NCBI GenBank assembly: GCA_030141605.1
Contig: JAQGDQ010000003.1
Location: 2,604,001-2,668,000, forward strand
Length of the DNA: 64,000 nucleotides
Direction of reading: 5' to 3'
Source: Tubiluchus corallicola
Lineage: Eukaryota; Animalia; Priapulida
The notes beneath the pieces are model-generated. The model was not told the origin of the DNA and searched no databases. It worked only from the letters and a program-made list of their open reading frames with translations. Positions 1 to 14,100 of the stretch are shown one piece after another (within the stretch, counting starts at the first letter, position 1; each line of letters opens with the position of its first letter). A program made the position numbers and the translations under genes.

Positions 1-1190
1 TCTTAGTGGTAATGGTTGCGGCGGTAGTGGCGATGATGACAATCTCTTATAGTTAGAAAGCATTTTGGTAAACAGAAAAGAAAGCAGACAAATGTTACAG
101 CTTCTCTTTTACGGCGGGGGGTCGTGGCTAAGATCCACGTTTTTTCAGGTGAGATGGATATTCTTAAGGGATATATGAACCAGGCCAAGTCGATCACGCC
201 ATAAACACCAATTTGAGTACGCCTTGTCATTGAATGCTGGTTTCCAGTTTGCAGTGTGGGGAAATGTGAGAAAAGGAGCACTTACGTTACTATCTCTAAA
301 AGAGTGTGCCACAAGTGGCTTGCTGACAATAAAACCTTAAATTTTTACTCCGTGTAACGCGGAGGTTTATCATTTTGTGAATTTTGTGACTCGTTGCTCT
401 GAATTCTTAGTCACGCATGAAATATGGGTAATTGTTGTGAACTAGGCTGAGTCTGCCTTGCAACAGACACGCAGTCATACACTCAGTCAGATCTAATTTC
501 ACTTTATAGGTATGCTGTATCAGAGGAGGTTTACTGTAAGCGCATTCCTCACATTCCGTGGTATTTCCCTTCCAGAAAGGAAACAAGCGAAATGTCTTTT
601 TTGCGATAGTGTGAAAAAATGAGGCTGCTACTAACTTGCTCAAGAGAAATATAACTGAAAGTATAATATAACAGCTTTTAGTATACTATTTTTTCATAAT
701 CATATGGAATTCATCATTAAATGTAATTGTAACGTGTACAAAAACGAATCACATGATTATTATCCACTAGTGTTAGTGATGTAGTGAGGCATTACGTAAA
801 TTACAGTACAGTGTATTCATTTCCGTTTAGAGTGTAAAACCGCGTGGGCCTATACCCAAACATTTGCCGAAATAGCTGTTTATGATCGAAGCCAGTGCAC
901 ACAGTGGTCTACTTGAGCGTCTATATGATGCCCTTAGTTTTTAATCATTTTATAATTTCCTAAGTTTATGCTATCATTGTCGAAAACAAGAATAAAATCT
1001 GGTATTATGTGGAGAACGGGGAATTTTCTTAGGTTCCTAGATCTCGGTTATTTCGTGTTTACTTCAGAAAAGGTGGGAGCGTCGATGTAGCAAGCTGAAT
1101 GTTTTATCTAAAATGCTGTTCTCGATAAAGGTTTATTATTAATATTTGTTGTTCACTTCTGTGTTCCTGTATATATTGTAAATAAAACTA

Positions 1191-1290
1191 ATAAACAATG
1201 AATTAAAACATCACGATGTACCTATTCACATTCAATAACATAAACAATGAACTAAAACATCAGGATGTACTTTTTCACATTCAATAACAT
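1191..1290. repeat. ~49-bp tandem duplication (2 copies)
   Basis: ATAAACAATGAAYTAAAACATCASGATGTACYTWTTCACATTCAATAACA is repeated directly. Confidence 0.85.
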
Positions 1291-4200
1291 AGCACACCTA
1301 ACGGCATAACATACAATCTGTAAAATAAAATAAGATGTTAGTAAACGTCACGTCAAGTTTACAGTTTCAAAGTATCATTCTGGGATACCTAATCTAGACA
1401 CATTTAGTGTCTTTATTCTACAGGGAAAGCCGTATATACGAGGCTCCTATGCGTGGGGGGAACTTTACTTCCCTTTAACTACAGTCAGTTAAGAGATTGC
1501 TTTGCCTTAACGTGGGGAAAAACCTGCTACGCTAAGACATGTTTCTATTTACATACTAGAACTACAGGAGCAAAATAGAACTACAGAAGTAATTATATAC
1601 ATACGTTCTTAGGTACTTCCTACACTTATGTTATACAAGGCAAATATTAATTTGCTTAACTAGGAAATGAGCTTCCGACAATTATTGCAATACATTCGTT
1701 ATGGCTGTGTAAACGATGGCGTGGAAAATCCCGTGGTTTCTGTTACGAAATTTTGATGAATGAAAGGAATAGGCATACATTAACAGGTGTTGATGCGAAC
1801 GTCTCTTCAGTTTATTTCATTGATGACACCTAGTGCATTGCAGTACGAAATGTAAAAAAAAGTAAATTAATCTGCGGACTACATTATAAAGCATTGATTA
1901 ATCGTTGTCTTGCACAATTATTTAAGACCTTTACAACAGTCAACATGTACTAAAGAAACAAATACGTAAAAATAAACAAACAGATCAATAAAAAAGTGTG
2001 CGTATCCACTGCGCCCGCACTGGTCAGCAGGGACACAGACTTTTCCGTCCGTTTTCGCTAGAAAATTCTACAATTGCGCTTTGAATACATTTGAATGCGC
2101 GCCAAATCACTGTCTCCGCACAGAAAGCCAGGAAACCACACTGACGCGCAAAAGATCTGTCGTGTCAGAATTTTTCTGGTCAGAAACTGAGAGATTCGTT
2201 ACTCACAATGTACAGTGCCGAGGATAAGCAATGATTCTAGAACTAATTAAGGACAGCACTCACAGCAGATTTTTAGACATTTCTTTGTTGATTATTAATT
2301 CAGTTTGTGGTGAATTTTAGTTGTGTAATAATGTGTCCGTATTAACAGATCTATGTCGAAGATCTATTGAGATGGAAAGGCTACATTAAAATTATATAAC
2401 TAATAAAAATTAATAAGTAAAAATTCACGTTTTGCTTAATTTGTTGTAAAATATGTGTACTCGTTGGCTGTTCCGCATGTAAACTAACTTTACCGTGTAT
2501 TATTCCTATCACTTTACATGCGCAACATGTACATGAAAATTGAAACAACTGCTAATTAACCCTGATAACCAATATTTGGCGATATTGTGATTTTAAAATA
2601 AGGTAATCTAAGGAAAGTTAAGGTACCGTACAATTTAAAGTACTTAATACGCTCCACTGCACAAATTGTATTGCGAGTTGCTTTTCGTAATCGTTTTACA
2701 TAAATCCATTAGAATCTGGAAAGTATAGCTGAAGTGATTCGTAAGTAATTAATTAATACATTTCTTTTCATCCTATATGTGGAAATGTGGGAATATCTTA
2801 TGGAAATAAATGATAATATTAACCCGTTAGCTCTTTTTTGAATTCCTAATACCTTCTCTTAAGAACCCATTGGCAATTTTTAGGTTAAATTAGGTTAAGA
2901 AATGCAAACCATTTCTACAATCGTGGTCGCTTTTTGTGTTGCATACGTGGATGAAGTTTTTGCAACGGAAATGTGCGAACGGAAAAAAGCGGTTTCTGTA
3001 CGTGTCTGTGGTGGAGACTTATTGGATACGTAGGTTAAGTATGTACTTACGTCATCTTTCTTAGCTTGCGTTATCTCTTCCTCTCGAACTCCTTCTGAAA
3101 TTTAAGACACTACTTTAATGAGGACGTCATGTACAAAATATTATTCCGCCTTTTTTCAAAATCATCCGGTAAATGTTTTTACATTTAATGGCAACAGCCC
3201 AATAACAACATGCAAATAATTTTGCAGAGAACTACGTGCGCTTTGCTGTTTATTATCGTTCTCTACTGGCAATCTTCTGTTGAGAAATAAGGTTAAAAGC
3301 GGAAATGTAATTTAGTTCAAGAACAGCACACTAAAACAGGCTTTCCGTTAGTGTTGATGTTAAACTTTTCAACACCTCACATGTTTCTTGTTGCGCACGC
3401 TAAACTTGCATTTGTTATTCTCATTTTAACATAATTCACATTTCTAACTTTTCATATTAAATGTCTCATGTCCATCTACACACAATCTACGCACTTATGT
3501 TTCTTTAAAGGGACATAAATTTACAATGCTTATGTTCCTTGCCAATGGATGGGGCTATACTTATTCCATAATTTTGGCATGATACCAAAGTGTTTGAGTA
3601 GATGTACCGTCATTTACTAAAGTCACTCCTAAATTATACGGTGGAACGTAACGCGAATGAACGTTATTCCACATTATAGGTTTTTATTTAGGATAACTAT
3701 AGGCTTGTCTTTTTATCGATTCTTACGCATCATAATGTTGTTTATGATCCACTTCTTTCACGTAACGTCTACATTTTTCGGTCCCGATCGAGCAGAATTG
3801 CTAAAAATTCATTGAATCGGCAACTATAATAATTTTAGTAGACTGCGGCAAAAATAAACATTACAAGTAGGACATATTAAACGCAAACCATTTTGCCATC
3901 TTTTGGAGAAGAGAAAAACCACTGTGTGCTACAACCACTTTAAAAACATTAAAATTTCGTTTTTAGTTTTGGATCAAAATATCTGCATAAAGTAATTGCC
4001 AATATACTCTCAATTTCGACAAAATGTGGTTTTTAATATACGAACGCTGAAAATGTTCCACACGTTTTTGTGTGACAGTTAAACATCGACTTTTAGTATT
4101 TTGTCGGTTTAAACAAGTCATGGAATCACTGAAATTAGCGTTAGTGGATGGAGATTATTACGTAGATCCCATCGAGTTGAAGCGTACTAAGGAATACAAA

Positions 4201-6730
4201 CAAATGAACAACGCTGCGACTTGCAGCCAGTATCAATCCCTGTTAACTCTGGATATTCGATATTCCCGTGTAACGAGAATAAGATACTCACACAGTTGGC
4301 CAGTTTGATGAAAGTCCAGCTTGTGGCTTCAATATGCGTAACATTCTAGAGCTTTGTTCGCATAGCTAATGCTAATGTGCACCACATGTGCAAGGACGTT
4401 GAAATAGGCCAAGAACTTTGCGTTCTCCGAGTCCAGAAATAAAAGGCAAGATAGTTTGGCATCAAACCAATATGCCGATCGCTTAGGTAATTAAGTTACG
4501 TAGTTTACATTCAGGACCTAAATATGTATATAGCGTTGTAATTTTTAATGAAGCATAGTCTGCGTGTACACATAAAAATATGGACTACGTCGACTGCTAT
4601 AAATGCACGTATAGCGTACAAATACTACATATCCAACTAATAATTTAAAAAATTCGCACAAAATGAAGCTATTGATTAATAAGATACAAATTTTATTTCA
4701 CACCTTAATTGTCGCAGCGTGAGACTTTCGTATTTTAACCCGCACCCTTGAAAATCAATAACAGATCACCTGCTGTTTTAACTCTATTATGATTCATCAA
4801 AACGGTGTGTTAGTGTCAAGGTTTTCCCAGTCTCCAAGACTTATTAGTCACTCGCCGCATGTACAATCTCCACTTGCCCAGTGAGCATTTAAATAAGTGG
4901 ACATTTGAAGTGGACACCTTAAAAGTTACTGAACAGGCTTAAAACATTTGCAAGGACTGCCGCTTCCCCAACGAACAGGAAGTAGTTTTCTTATAATGTA
5001 GTCAAAATTTATAACCATATTCCTGCTTGTCTAAATAATAAATGTCATGGTACTGCAAGTGACTCAACTTTATGCTTGTAAAAGTTTTGCGGTAATTAGA
5101 CTTTAGAGTGGCAGTCTTTTTGTCTTTCAAATGTCATCTTTCAGTTGGTTTCCGGTCTCAATAGAGACACAAAAACTCGCTTCTTTTTCCTAGCCTTTCG
5201 GAAATAATCTTTTACGTTAACTGAACAAAACTAGCCAAATACATGTATCCGAAAAAATGCAAGATTAATTTAGACAGCAAAAATGTATGTAATCGTAATC
5301 ATAGGCTTGATTAAGATCAAAAAATAATCTCAGTTTTACAATTTGCAGGCTTCAACAATTACTGTTGTATATTTACACAAAACCAAGGACTTCTAAAACC
5401 AAACTGGGCGTAAATTGTGTACCTACACCCTCAAGCCATTGCATATTACAGATAAATGATAAAGGGTATAGTTTGTGTTACTAATTCAAGTATTACTAAT
5501 AGCTTTGAGTATTACGGCACAAACATACATTTCTGAAGTTCAGGAAGAAGCAACATTTATATAGAGGATAAAAATTTTTCAAAAATATAGAAATACAATT
5601 ACACGTATACGAGCATTAAATCTTACCATTTTAGTTATAGAGGTGCTTGATAAAACTAAGTTCTTTACAACTTCTTTGCAATCAATGTTACTTCAGTAAT
5701 ACTTACGCTGGCATAGTTACACTCGTTTGCATATTTTCTACGCAGCAGGCCAAATTGCTAATAAGCAATCATTATCGATATACATTCTTTGAATTTATTA
5801 CAACCAACATGACAAACTAATCATTTTTCAGTCGCCGACATGGTTTAGAAAATGTGGTTTTACTTACCTCTACAAAAGCTACTCCATATACCTCCCATCT
5901 TGGAGCACCTCGCGCAAAAGTATTATCTCTTTTTTCTTCCAGTAAGCACTGGCTCAGCACGTCATCGCTGCATGTGTCATGATAAAGATGAATTATTACA
6001 CTTGGGCTAGACTCTTTCTGTAATCATATGTCTGTAAGGAATCTAGAATCAGGGGTAATGCTACACGGTCTGGGAGGGTCTTACTCTGAGTACTCTCGCA
6101 CGGCGCTTGCTGTATACTATAAACAACGCGCTGGATTGAGGAAGGATAGGGTTTCTAGAGTGGGAGGGTCCACGACTAGATGTAGGAGAAGCTAAATATA
6201 CTTAGGTCAGACGCATGCCGATCATGCCCATTTATGGAGGATGACGTATGAGGATGATGAAGTCAGTTAGTCGGAAAGCTGCCACTGTTTGAAGAATCTT
6301 TGATGCTCAGGCTTCAACACCCTGTAGTTCAGCTACAGCGTCCATGTCTACGGATTCATTTAAGCCTAGTTCTTGAAGAAAGGGAGCAGCACACGCCAGT
6401 ATATGAAGTGTTTCAGAACTTCATTGGAGCGAATCGTCATCATCACCATCAATAATTTCCATAACTTTGCTATCACCTTACGCATAACTTGGCGAGATAA
6501 AAACCCCAACTCGCAATTTTAAATCCTTCTTTACAGGCAACTGCTTCTGTTGCTATTTTTGTTGTTACTACAGTTTCCAGTCCTCTTGTTGTTGTGCTGC
6601 TCTTGCTGCAGCTATTGATGCACTACCTAAATGATTACTGATTATGGTTGATGAAGGTGATTGCAATGACGATTATGAGTTGGCAGTTATGGTGCTGAAG
6701 GCATAAGTAATGCTGGTGATTGGTTACTAT

Positions 6731-6905
6731 ACCAGACGGGTTAGTCTAGTAGTAACGCGTCCGCTTTCCGTCTGGGAACTGGTGAGTTCGATGCTGCTGC
6801 CAGGTCATACCAAGGACTTTAAGAATGATACCTTCTGTTCCCTGTCTTTAGGGTATTTAGGGTAAAGATAGGGAATAAAAGTCTCTGCTACGTGGCTGTA
6901 CGTTG
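6731..6905 (+). mobile_element. tRNA-derived SINE remnant
   Basis: A-box-like TAGTCTAGTAG and B-box-like GAGTTCGATG at tRNA spacing, then GGTCATACCAAGGACTTTAAGAATGATACC, which resembles a body motif of metazoan tRNA-SINEs (from recall). Confidence 0.6.
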
Positions 6906-9900
6906 TTATTTACAGGCGGTATAAAAGCTCTTTGGAGCTTTTCTATGAGAGGTCATGATTGTAGATTGCTCTTTATCATTCAGCTACTATATTAATGTTT
7001 TTGTGGCAATCTTTCTTCTTGGTCTCTTCTCTCTCTCTCTCTCGCTCTCTCACGCGCACGCTTTCTCTTCTTTCCTCCATCTCGTTTTTGTCTTTTTTAC
7101 TTTCTTGCATTAATTTTGTCATTTTGCTTTCTTTTTCTTCAATTTCCTTCCTTTTCTCTTTTGTAATAACCGCAGTTCAATTCTTCTGTTAGGAAAATAA
7201 CCGAACTAGCATTTACAAACTTGTTACAAATGCATCTCAAATACAACATCTTTTAATTACATCAAAATGGTTTTCGCTTATGTAGGTTAGTTAAAGAAAA
7301 TTATACAATTAATTATTGTGTAATTATTGTTACAATGTTAAAAAGCGAATTATACAGTGTTGGTTACACAATTTGCCTAGAAAACAAACCATGTATGCTT
7401 TTCTAGACTCGCATTATTGACTGTTGTAAGACTTGGGTCTCGTTACTAATGCTCGTAAGGCCCATAAAAGCCCACTTACGAGACGTTCTGAAAATATTCA
7501 AATGTGTAATACGTTACGCAAACTTAAATGCAAAGCGTGCGCAATTAAAACTCGCGATGCCCGCGCATTCTCATTTGTGCTTATATTCCTAATTAACTGT
7601 CGGTTTCGTTGCAGCTAATTAAACAAACCCAATGCCATCAAAGGAACGTTTTACCAGCAAGAACAACACATGCAGAAGCGAATTAGGAAGGAGTGCAAAT
7701 AATAAGAAAGGCTAATCAATGCTATATTAACACAAGAGTAACGTTGTGGAAATAGAAATGGACCCATATGCATAAATTATACAAGCAAATGATTCTAGTC
7801 AATAAGCATTGCCACTTGACATCTGTCAGATTCCCGTCACTTATTTGTAATTAGTCTACTATCCCATTCTCCCTTTTTAAGAAGCTTCATTTGTAATGTG
7901 CATTTAACCAGAGTTGACATGGGCAATCAAAAATTGAACAACAAATAAAAAATTAAATCCTCCTAATTATATAAATATTAACTGAAGTATAAGTTTAAAT
8001 AAATAGTCTAGAATAGTTACTTCAGTGGTTGTTCCAAATACGTCCTCGTTTTATTCCGACATCTATGTTATACTAATAATTCATATACTTCTCTATACTC
8101 TAGCGTAAGACTCTAACTTGAATTACAATAACAGAATTCATTTTGTAATTTTTGCTCTAAGTATCATTTTATAACCGGTCACGTTTATTGTATTCTTTTT
8201 TCGTCATTTTGTCTTGCCTTGCCATTCCTTTCCTTACCTTAAACTGCTTTATATTGCCTTGCTTTGCTCTACCTTGTCCACTTCTTAAAATTAACCAGGG
8301 ATGAACATGTTAACGGTAATTTAATAGACGTAATACGTGTGCTCACATTTTCAGTTCACGTGCAGAACCTACAGTTGAGTACACTAAAAAAAATAAGAAT
8401 GACACCAAACATCTATATAAAACACTGTTGCTTAAAATACGAAATATACGAAATACATGGAAAAAGGTAAACAGATATGAATAAAAAAGTGACTCACAAT
8501 CCCGAGAAAGTTGTTCTGGCTGAAAATCATCATAGAGACTGTAGCCAGAAAGAACGTGAGTGCACTCTTCACGCGAACAAGATTCAACATAGTCTTCAGA
8601 ACTGTACAATTACGAGTAGGCCTATACAAATTCAGCTGTCTGGACAGTCAGTTGACGTCATGACGAAGTGGAAGTGCCGAATTTTTGGCAAACGACGCCA
8701 AAAGTAGGTAAACAAAACGTCCTTGCCGTGACAGCACCTACATTGAACTCTTAGAAGAAACAAAGCAGACATGACAAAGAAAATGCTGATGAAAGTAATG
8801 ACTAAATGTATATTTGTAAGGAACGTGATAGTCAGTGTGGGACAACCAAAACTGCTGAGACGCTACAAGTTTCAAAGGGTTTCGCACACCTAAGTGTTTT
8901 GGTTGCTGTCATAAGTGCGGGAATAGCATAACGTATCCGATTACAAAGTCAGAATGAAAAGGTGAGCAAGCTGCAAGAGGGACCGCGAAATTTGCAATTC
9001 AAAGAAGTCGTCCTACGAACTGGAAACGAAATGATTGAATGGAACATGCAGCTGACTATTAATCACTATGTCTGGCTGGTTGATAAACATTTGTCAAATT
9101 GTATAATATTATCACCCTTTTTCAAAAATCGAAACTAGGTCTTTACAGACATATTAATTGTGATTCTTTTGGTTTAGCAAGCAGAATAAGTGGTTTCTTG
9201 AGTGATTTTAATTATTATCTTAAGGCTTATTAAATGATTATTATAACAATTCTGATAAGGCGTCGTCAATATTTGAGTTTTCATAGCAAGATAGATGCGG
9301 TCAGTAAAGATCATAAACTCACTTGTTCCTCGTTAAATACAACTTCATGCGCAGTTTCATATCAAACCCGTAACATCCTGTAGCCCTTTGAAAGGAGGAG
9401 CTAAAAAGTGAGATCATCTGCATATCCCAAACAGCCTACAATAATAATTTTATAAACGGCAACCTACGTCACTTTTTAAGTCTGCCAAATAAGTGATCAA
9501 TATAATTATAATGCAATTAAAATACCCGAAAGGACGAAGGATTAAGTTTCTGCATTTCTGTGTGTCTGGAAGAATCCGAGGTAATCAATCACAATCTTGA
9601 AATTAATTCATAAACGATAATCAGTCACAATCTGAAATTAATTAATAAATGATAATTACTCACGAATTCTTTCAATTCAAAATAATTGCAGAAACGTAAT
9701 TTCATAGGTTCATGTGTAAACGTGAGCAAAGTAGCACCTGAAAAATCATGGACTAGCTGACTGGTTGAGAAGTTGGACGGTTGTTCAATATCTGGAAATC
9801 TTGGCTTGGTTAAGATGTTACGGTTATTATCATTCATACTGAAATAAGCTCAGTCATAATCACAAGTGGCTGTGTGGTCTAATTGTCATGGCGTTGGGCT

Positions 9901-11114
9901 TGTAATCGAAAGGGTTCCTCGTTTAAATCCATGATTGTAATCCAAATCAGCCCGGTTCCTCATTTCCCTTCTTACGGTCAAAATGAATTTCAAAAATTTA
10001 ATAATTTTTTACGTCATCATTAATCAATGATCGCGAAATTGACAGGTTATAAGTAATTAGATAATCACTAGCTGAAATACAGTCATGACTTTTCCATACA
10101 TTTTTCTTTCGTAGAAATTAATTACAAATGTCTAATTATCGTGGGTTTTTCTCATTGGGAACAATGGAGTGATGGGCAAATCAAGGGACAAATCACAAAT
10201 GTCAAATGTCACACAAGTCACATCATTTTTTTCCTGTTTTCGTGAAACGCACATGTATTCTCACCAAGCTTGGATTTTATGTGCGTAGCGAACACAAAAA
10301 ATAAATGAGATATTTGAATTTAAAAAAAGGTGGACGAACAGACAAAAAACTTGCGCTCTTCATTTTGTGACCCTTCTCATTTACAAACAAAAGCTGGTAA
10401 TAAGAAATAGCACAAATGGCCAAGTATATGCGTATCAAAAAATTAAGGTTTATACATATCAGTTGAACATAGCGAACGGGTTTGTTTTAGTTATAGGAAA
10501 CAATCATGGTAGCTTAGCTGAGTCTGCCGAGAACTCTATCTTCAAACAAATGAAAAAATTGCGGGTCAAGTTAATCTGTAGTGGCACTCCAATAATATTG
10601 ATTAGTGTAAGAAGCCACTAAAGGATGTCAAGAATACAGATGTTAGCTTCCCAGCCACTGTCACCCTCCTACATAATTCACGCGCCACTTCTGACTGAAG
10701 GAGTCGATTCTCCTCAAGTTGCACCAACAACAAGTTGCAGTAACTTTGCGCAGCTCTGGCTGAAGTAGGTCCTATCAAGGTTTAGAGGCGCACTCGCACT
10801 TCGCAGAGATACTGCTACTTTAAAGCACCTAACTGGCTGTGATCTACAATTCCTAAAACTGCACAGCTCCAACGTACAGTATTGTTTTCGAAACATTTGT
10901 GATTTTTCTTAGTTCGGCAGTTTGGTTTGCAACTTAAAATCACTGTTTCAGTCACACGTGATTTTTACATTTTAAACTTGTTTTACATCGAGTTGTATTA
11001 AGCTGAGCAATACGAACTTTGGAATGGTGATTTGTTGAAAATTCCAATTAGTACATTTCCATCTCGGGTGTTCAACAAACTGTAAAAGAGGATGAATGCA
11101 CGAAGAGCGTAAAA

Positions 11115-14100
11115 ATGGGTAAGTATAAAAAACAATTAATTTCTATTTCGTCGCAGATTAATAGCTATTAGAGTAACAGCCGCTCATACACTTGCTGACT
11201 CGCTTCTTCTAGACTTGTTTCCGATTACCATTCCGTTTTCTTTAAATAATTTTTGATGATCAAAACGAAAAAATTCCCGAAATGAGTCAAAATCGGTTCA
11301 TGAGCTCTACAAAGAATTTTAGGTGCGGACATTTGGTAGGAATTCAAAATCTCGCTAGCATCTAAAATGCTCCTAAATTATCCGAATTTATTGAAGACAC
11401 CAATTAATAGTTGATAATAAGATTAAATGAACTAGATTAGTTAATATTTCATTAAAATAATAACGGGCGAAAATTCCATTATTTTGTCAATATTAAGAGG
11501 AATGACATAGAAAAAATTCCAGTATCAACCGAAAACGGGTTCTGCGCTTTTCGAGACAGTATTGCAAAAGCTACTTTTCTTATTACTGTCAGCATAAATA
11601 GGCATTGTTGATACAACGTTTTCGCTTGTTTTCATCAAGGTGACCGTCTGCTGGATATTCCCTGCAGAGTGTGCGGTGACAGAAGTTCCGGTAAACATTA
11701 TGGCATTTACAGTTGTGATGGTAAGCTGTGATCTTATGTTCTAGAAGGTCCTTCATTTTTGTAACGTAACAAACGTAACAAGGTAATAGCAAGGATTTTT
11801 TACATTCGACAAAATAGGCTTATAAGGTGTGCTACATGCACCACAGCAAAAATAGGTTTATATTGGCGTAATGATACAATAGAAAGCTGGTAACACGGTG
11901 CTCTGGAATGAAGCCTGGGAACTGAAATATTATTTTAATGCTCTTTTTTCCTTTTTTCTCAGCAAGAAGTTCAGATTCTGAGGCAATTGAAATCTGGCAG
12001 TATAGTTGTCTCAAACATTCTCAGGAACCGCTCAGTAGGTACTAATGCAGATCCAGAAGAATAGAAATCTTATAAATAATCTTCTAGTGATAGGAGGTAC
12101 TAATGTTCTTCTTGCAGCAAGTGAGGTTGAAACTGACAAGGAAACAATTTTATGGTAAAGAAGTATGCAGATAAGCCTGAGCAAAATTTTTGGGTTAATA
12201 GAGCTGTTTGCTGGTATATGATGAGGTTCTCAACGCCTCAATGGAGCCACTACAACAGTTGTTGTTGTTGTTCTTGTTATAGGATGTTCGGGTTTCTTCA
12301 AGCGAAGTATTCACTGTAATCGGGTGTATACCTGCAAAGCACCAGCAGAACAGAGAGGAAAATGTCCAGTTGATAAAAAACACCGAAATCAATGCAGAGC
12401 TTGTAGACTTATCAAATGCTTCGCAGTCAACATGAATAAAGATGGTATGATTATTTTTAATGCAAAAATTTTTCTTAGCAGGACTGCATCCCTAAAATTC
12501 GCCTCAACTATAAACAAGTTTTTTACTTAATAATTTTTATGACATCAGAACAGTGTGCTGTGTTTTAAAAAAGTAAGATGCGGGTGGACTGAATTTTACT
12601 GTGGCTTCTTTTGTGTCTGACATTTTGTCCTTGGTGTGAATAAGTATGCTTTTCTACATTTTCTATAGTAAGCAGTGCTTGTTGTCACAGAAAAGTTTAG
12701 TTTTGTAGATTAAAACAGAACAAGAAATTTTGCTAGCAGACATATCGTTGTGAAATAGACGACATGCCGTTTTTTTTTGTTGCTGTGTCGTTGTTGTTCG
12801 GCAGACTGCAAGCCTAAGTTCAGCACTAAACGGAAAAGTCTGCTACTAATTTTGAATGGGTGTGGTAGGACCTAAATCTTGCTAATTATTAGGAATATTA
12901 TCTGAGCCGAGATGAGCCATTGAACTGACAGAGGTGTCCTAGCAATAATAACAATTAGCTGTTGCAAGTTAAGTAACTTAAATTGCAAACAGTTACAAGA
13001 GAGGCATAGCTTGAAAAAGGCACCAGGTTATAACGCCTCTTCTTTCGTGTCAATAGATATTGTTACCTAATGCATAATGTACCTGTATAACCACTAGTTG
13101 GTAGCAATCTTCTAAGATTATACTAGACTAGTTTATTTTGAAATACTAAGTGAGGAAGAATACGGAAGAAAGGAACTGTCAGAAAGGGGCATATTTTCAA
13201 ATCAATCACTCGATTTGAATAACTTCCAAATTTGACAAGTTGGGATACAAAAATCACCATACGAATTTACCAAAAGCGACGAAGAACAAACTTTTTCGCA
13301 TATGTTAATTAATCGATAATTAATCACTTATACTATATTTCAGCCGTGCAGCACGAACGAGGACCACGTAAACAAAAAAGTTATCTCCTGCAGAACAAAC
13401 CACCTCTCATCTCCCACCTTTTGAAGGTGAACACTTCTAGCCTAGCGTCAAATTTTAATGAAATCGAACCTTTTATGGAAATGCTAAAGCAAGCGGAAGT
13501 TCAGAATGATCTAAACGCACGTCAGCTAGTCGACAATGTGAGTGAATTCGACCTGACGAAATTGTCTGGTCTACAAGAACTAGCTGCCAAGCTACTGTTC
13601 AACAACTTGCAGTGGCTGAGAGCGTTACCGGTGTTTAACACTATGAACTGTGAAGATAAGGTTGGTAATTAAGTAATTTGCTCATTCATTATTGACTAAG
13701 CTCAACAAACTAATGTAATGGCTTTAAAGACAGTTGTAAACGTTTTTGTGCTCATCAAGCCCTTATATTTTCTTAGTATGAAATAGATTTTAACCTGGGT
13801 AGACATTAGACATCATGCGTATGTGTGATGAAAAAAATTGTTTTTGTGGTTGTGAACTTCAAGCCAAAGATGCTAAGAAAATCTAAGGAGATTTATTCTC
13901 AATGGCTATCACATCCTGAGTAACTGCAGGTCGTTTTCACAGTCGTGGTTTCTTTCAACAATAGTTCATGACTCTTTGTATTTAATTGGTAAACTGGGAG
14001 TGAGGAGTACGTATGAAAATTGGACCTTTAATAAAGAATGTACTAAGTCCGAGGTACATATCATTTTAAGGCTTACGATAAGACTTGAGATGAGTTGAGA

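Noticed and set aside
1-660. Short ORFs and a possible terminal exon after TTTATAG at 509
   Set aside because: No recognisable domain and no consistent exon chain within the window.
5990-6480. GC-richer block with coding-like minus-strand peptide
   Set aside because: It has multiple stops and no identifiable motif; probably an old retroelement remnant, but I cannot support a call.
9862-9935. tRNA-like sequence
   Set aside because: The A and B boxes are degenerate and no cloverleaf forms; at most a decayed SINE head.
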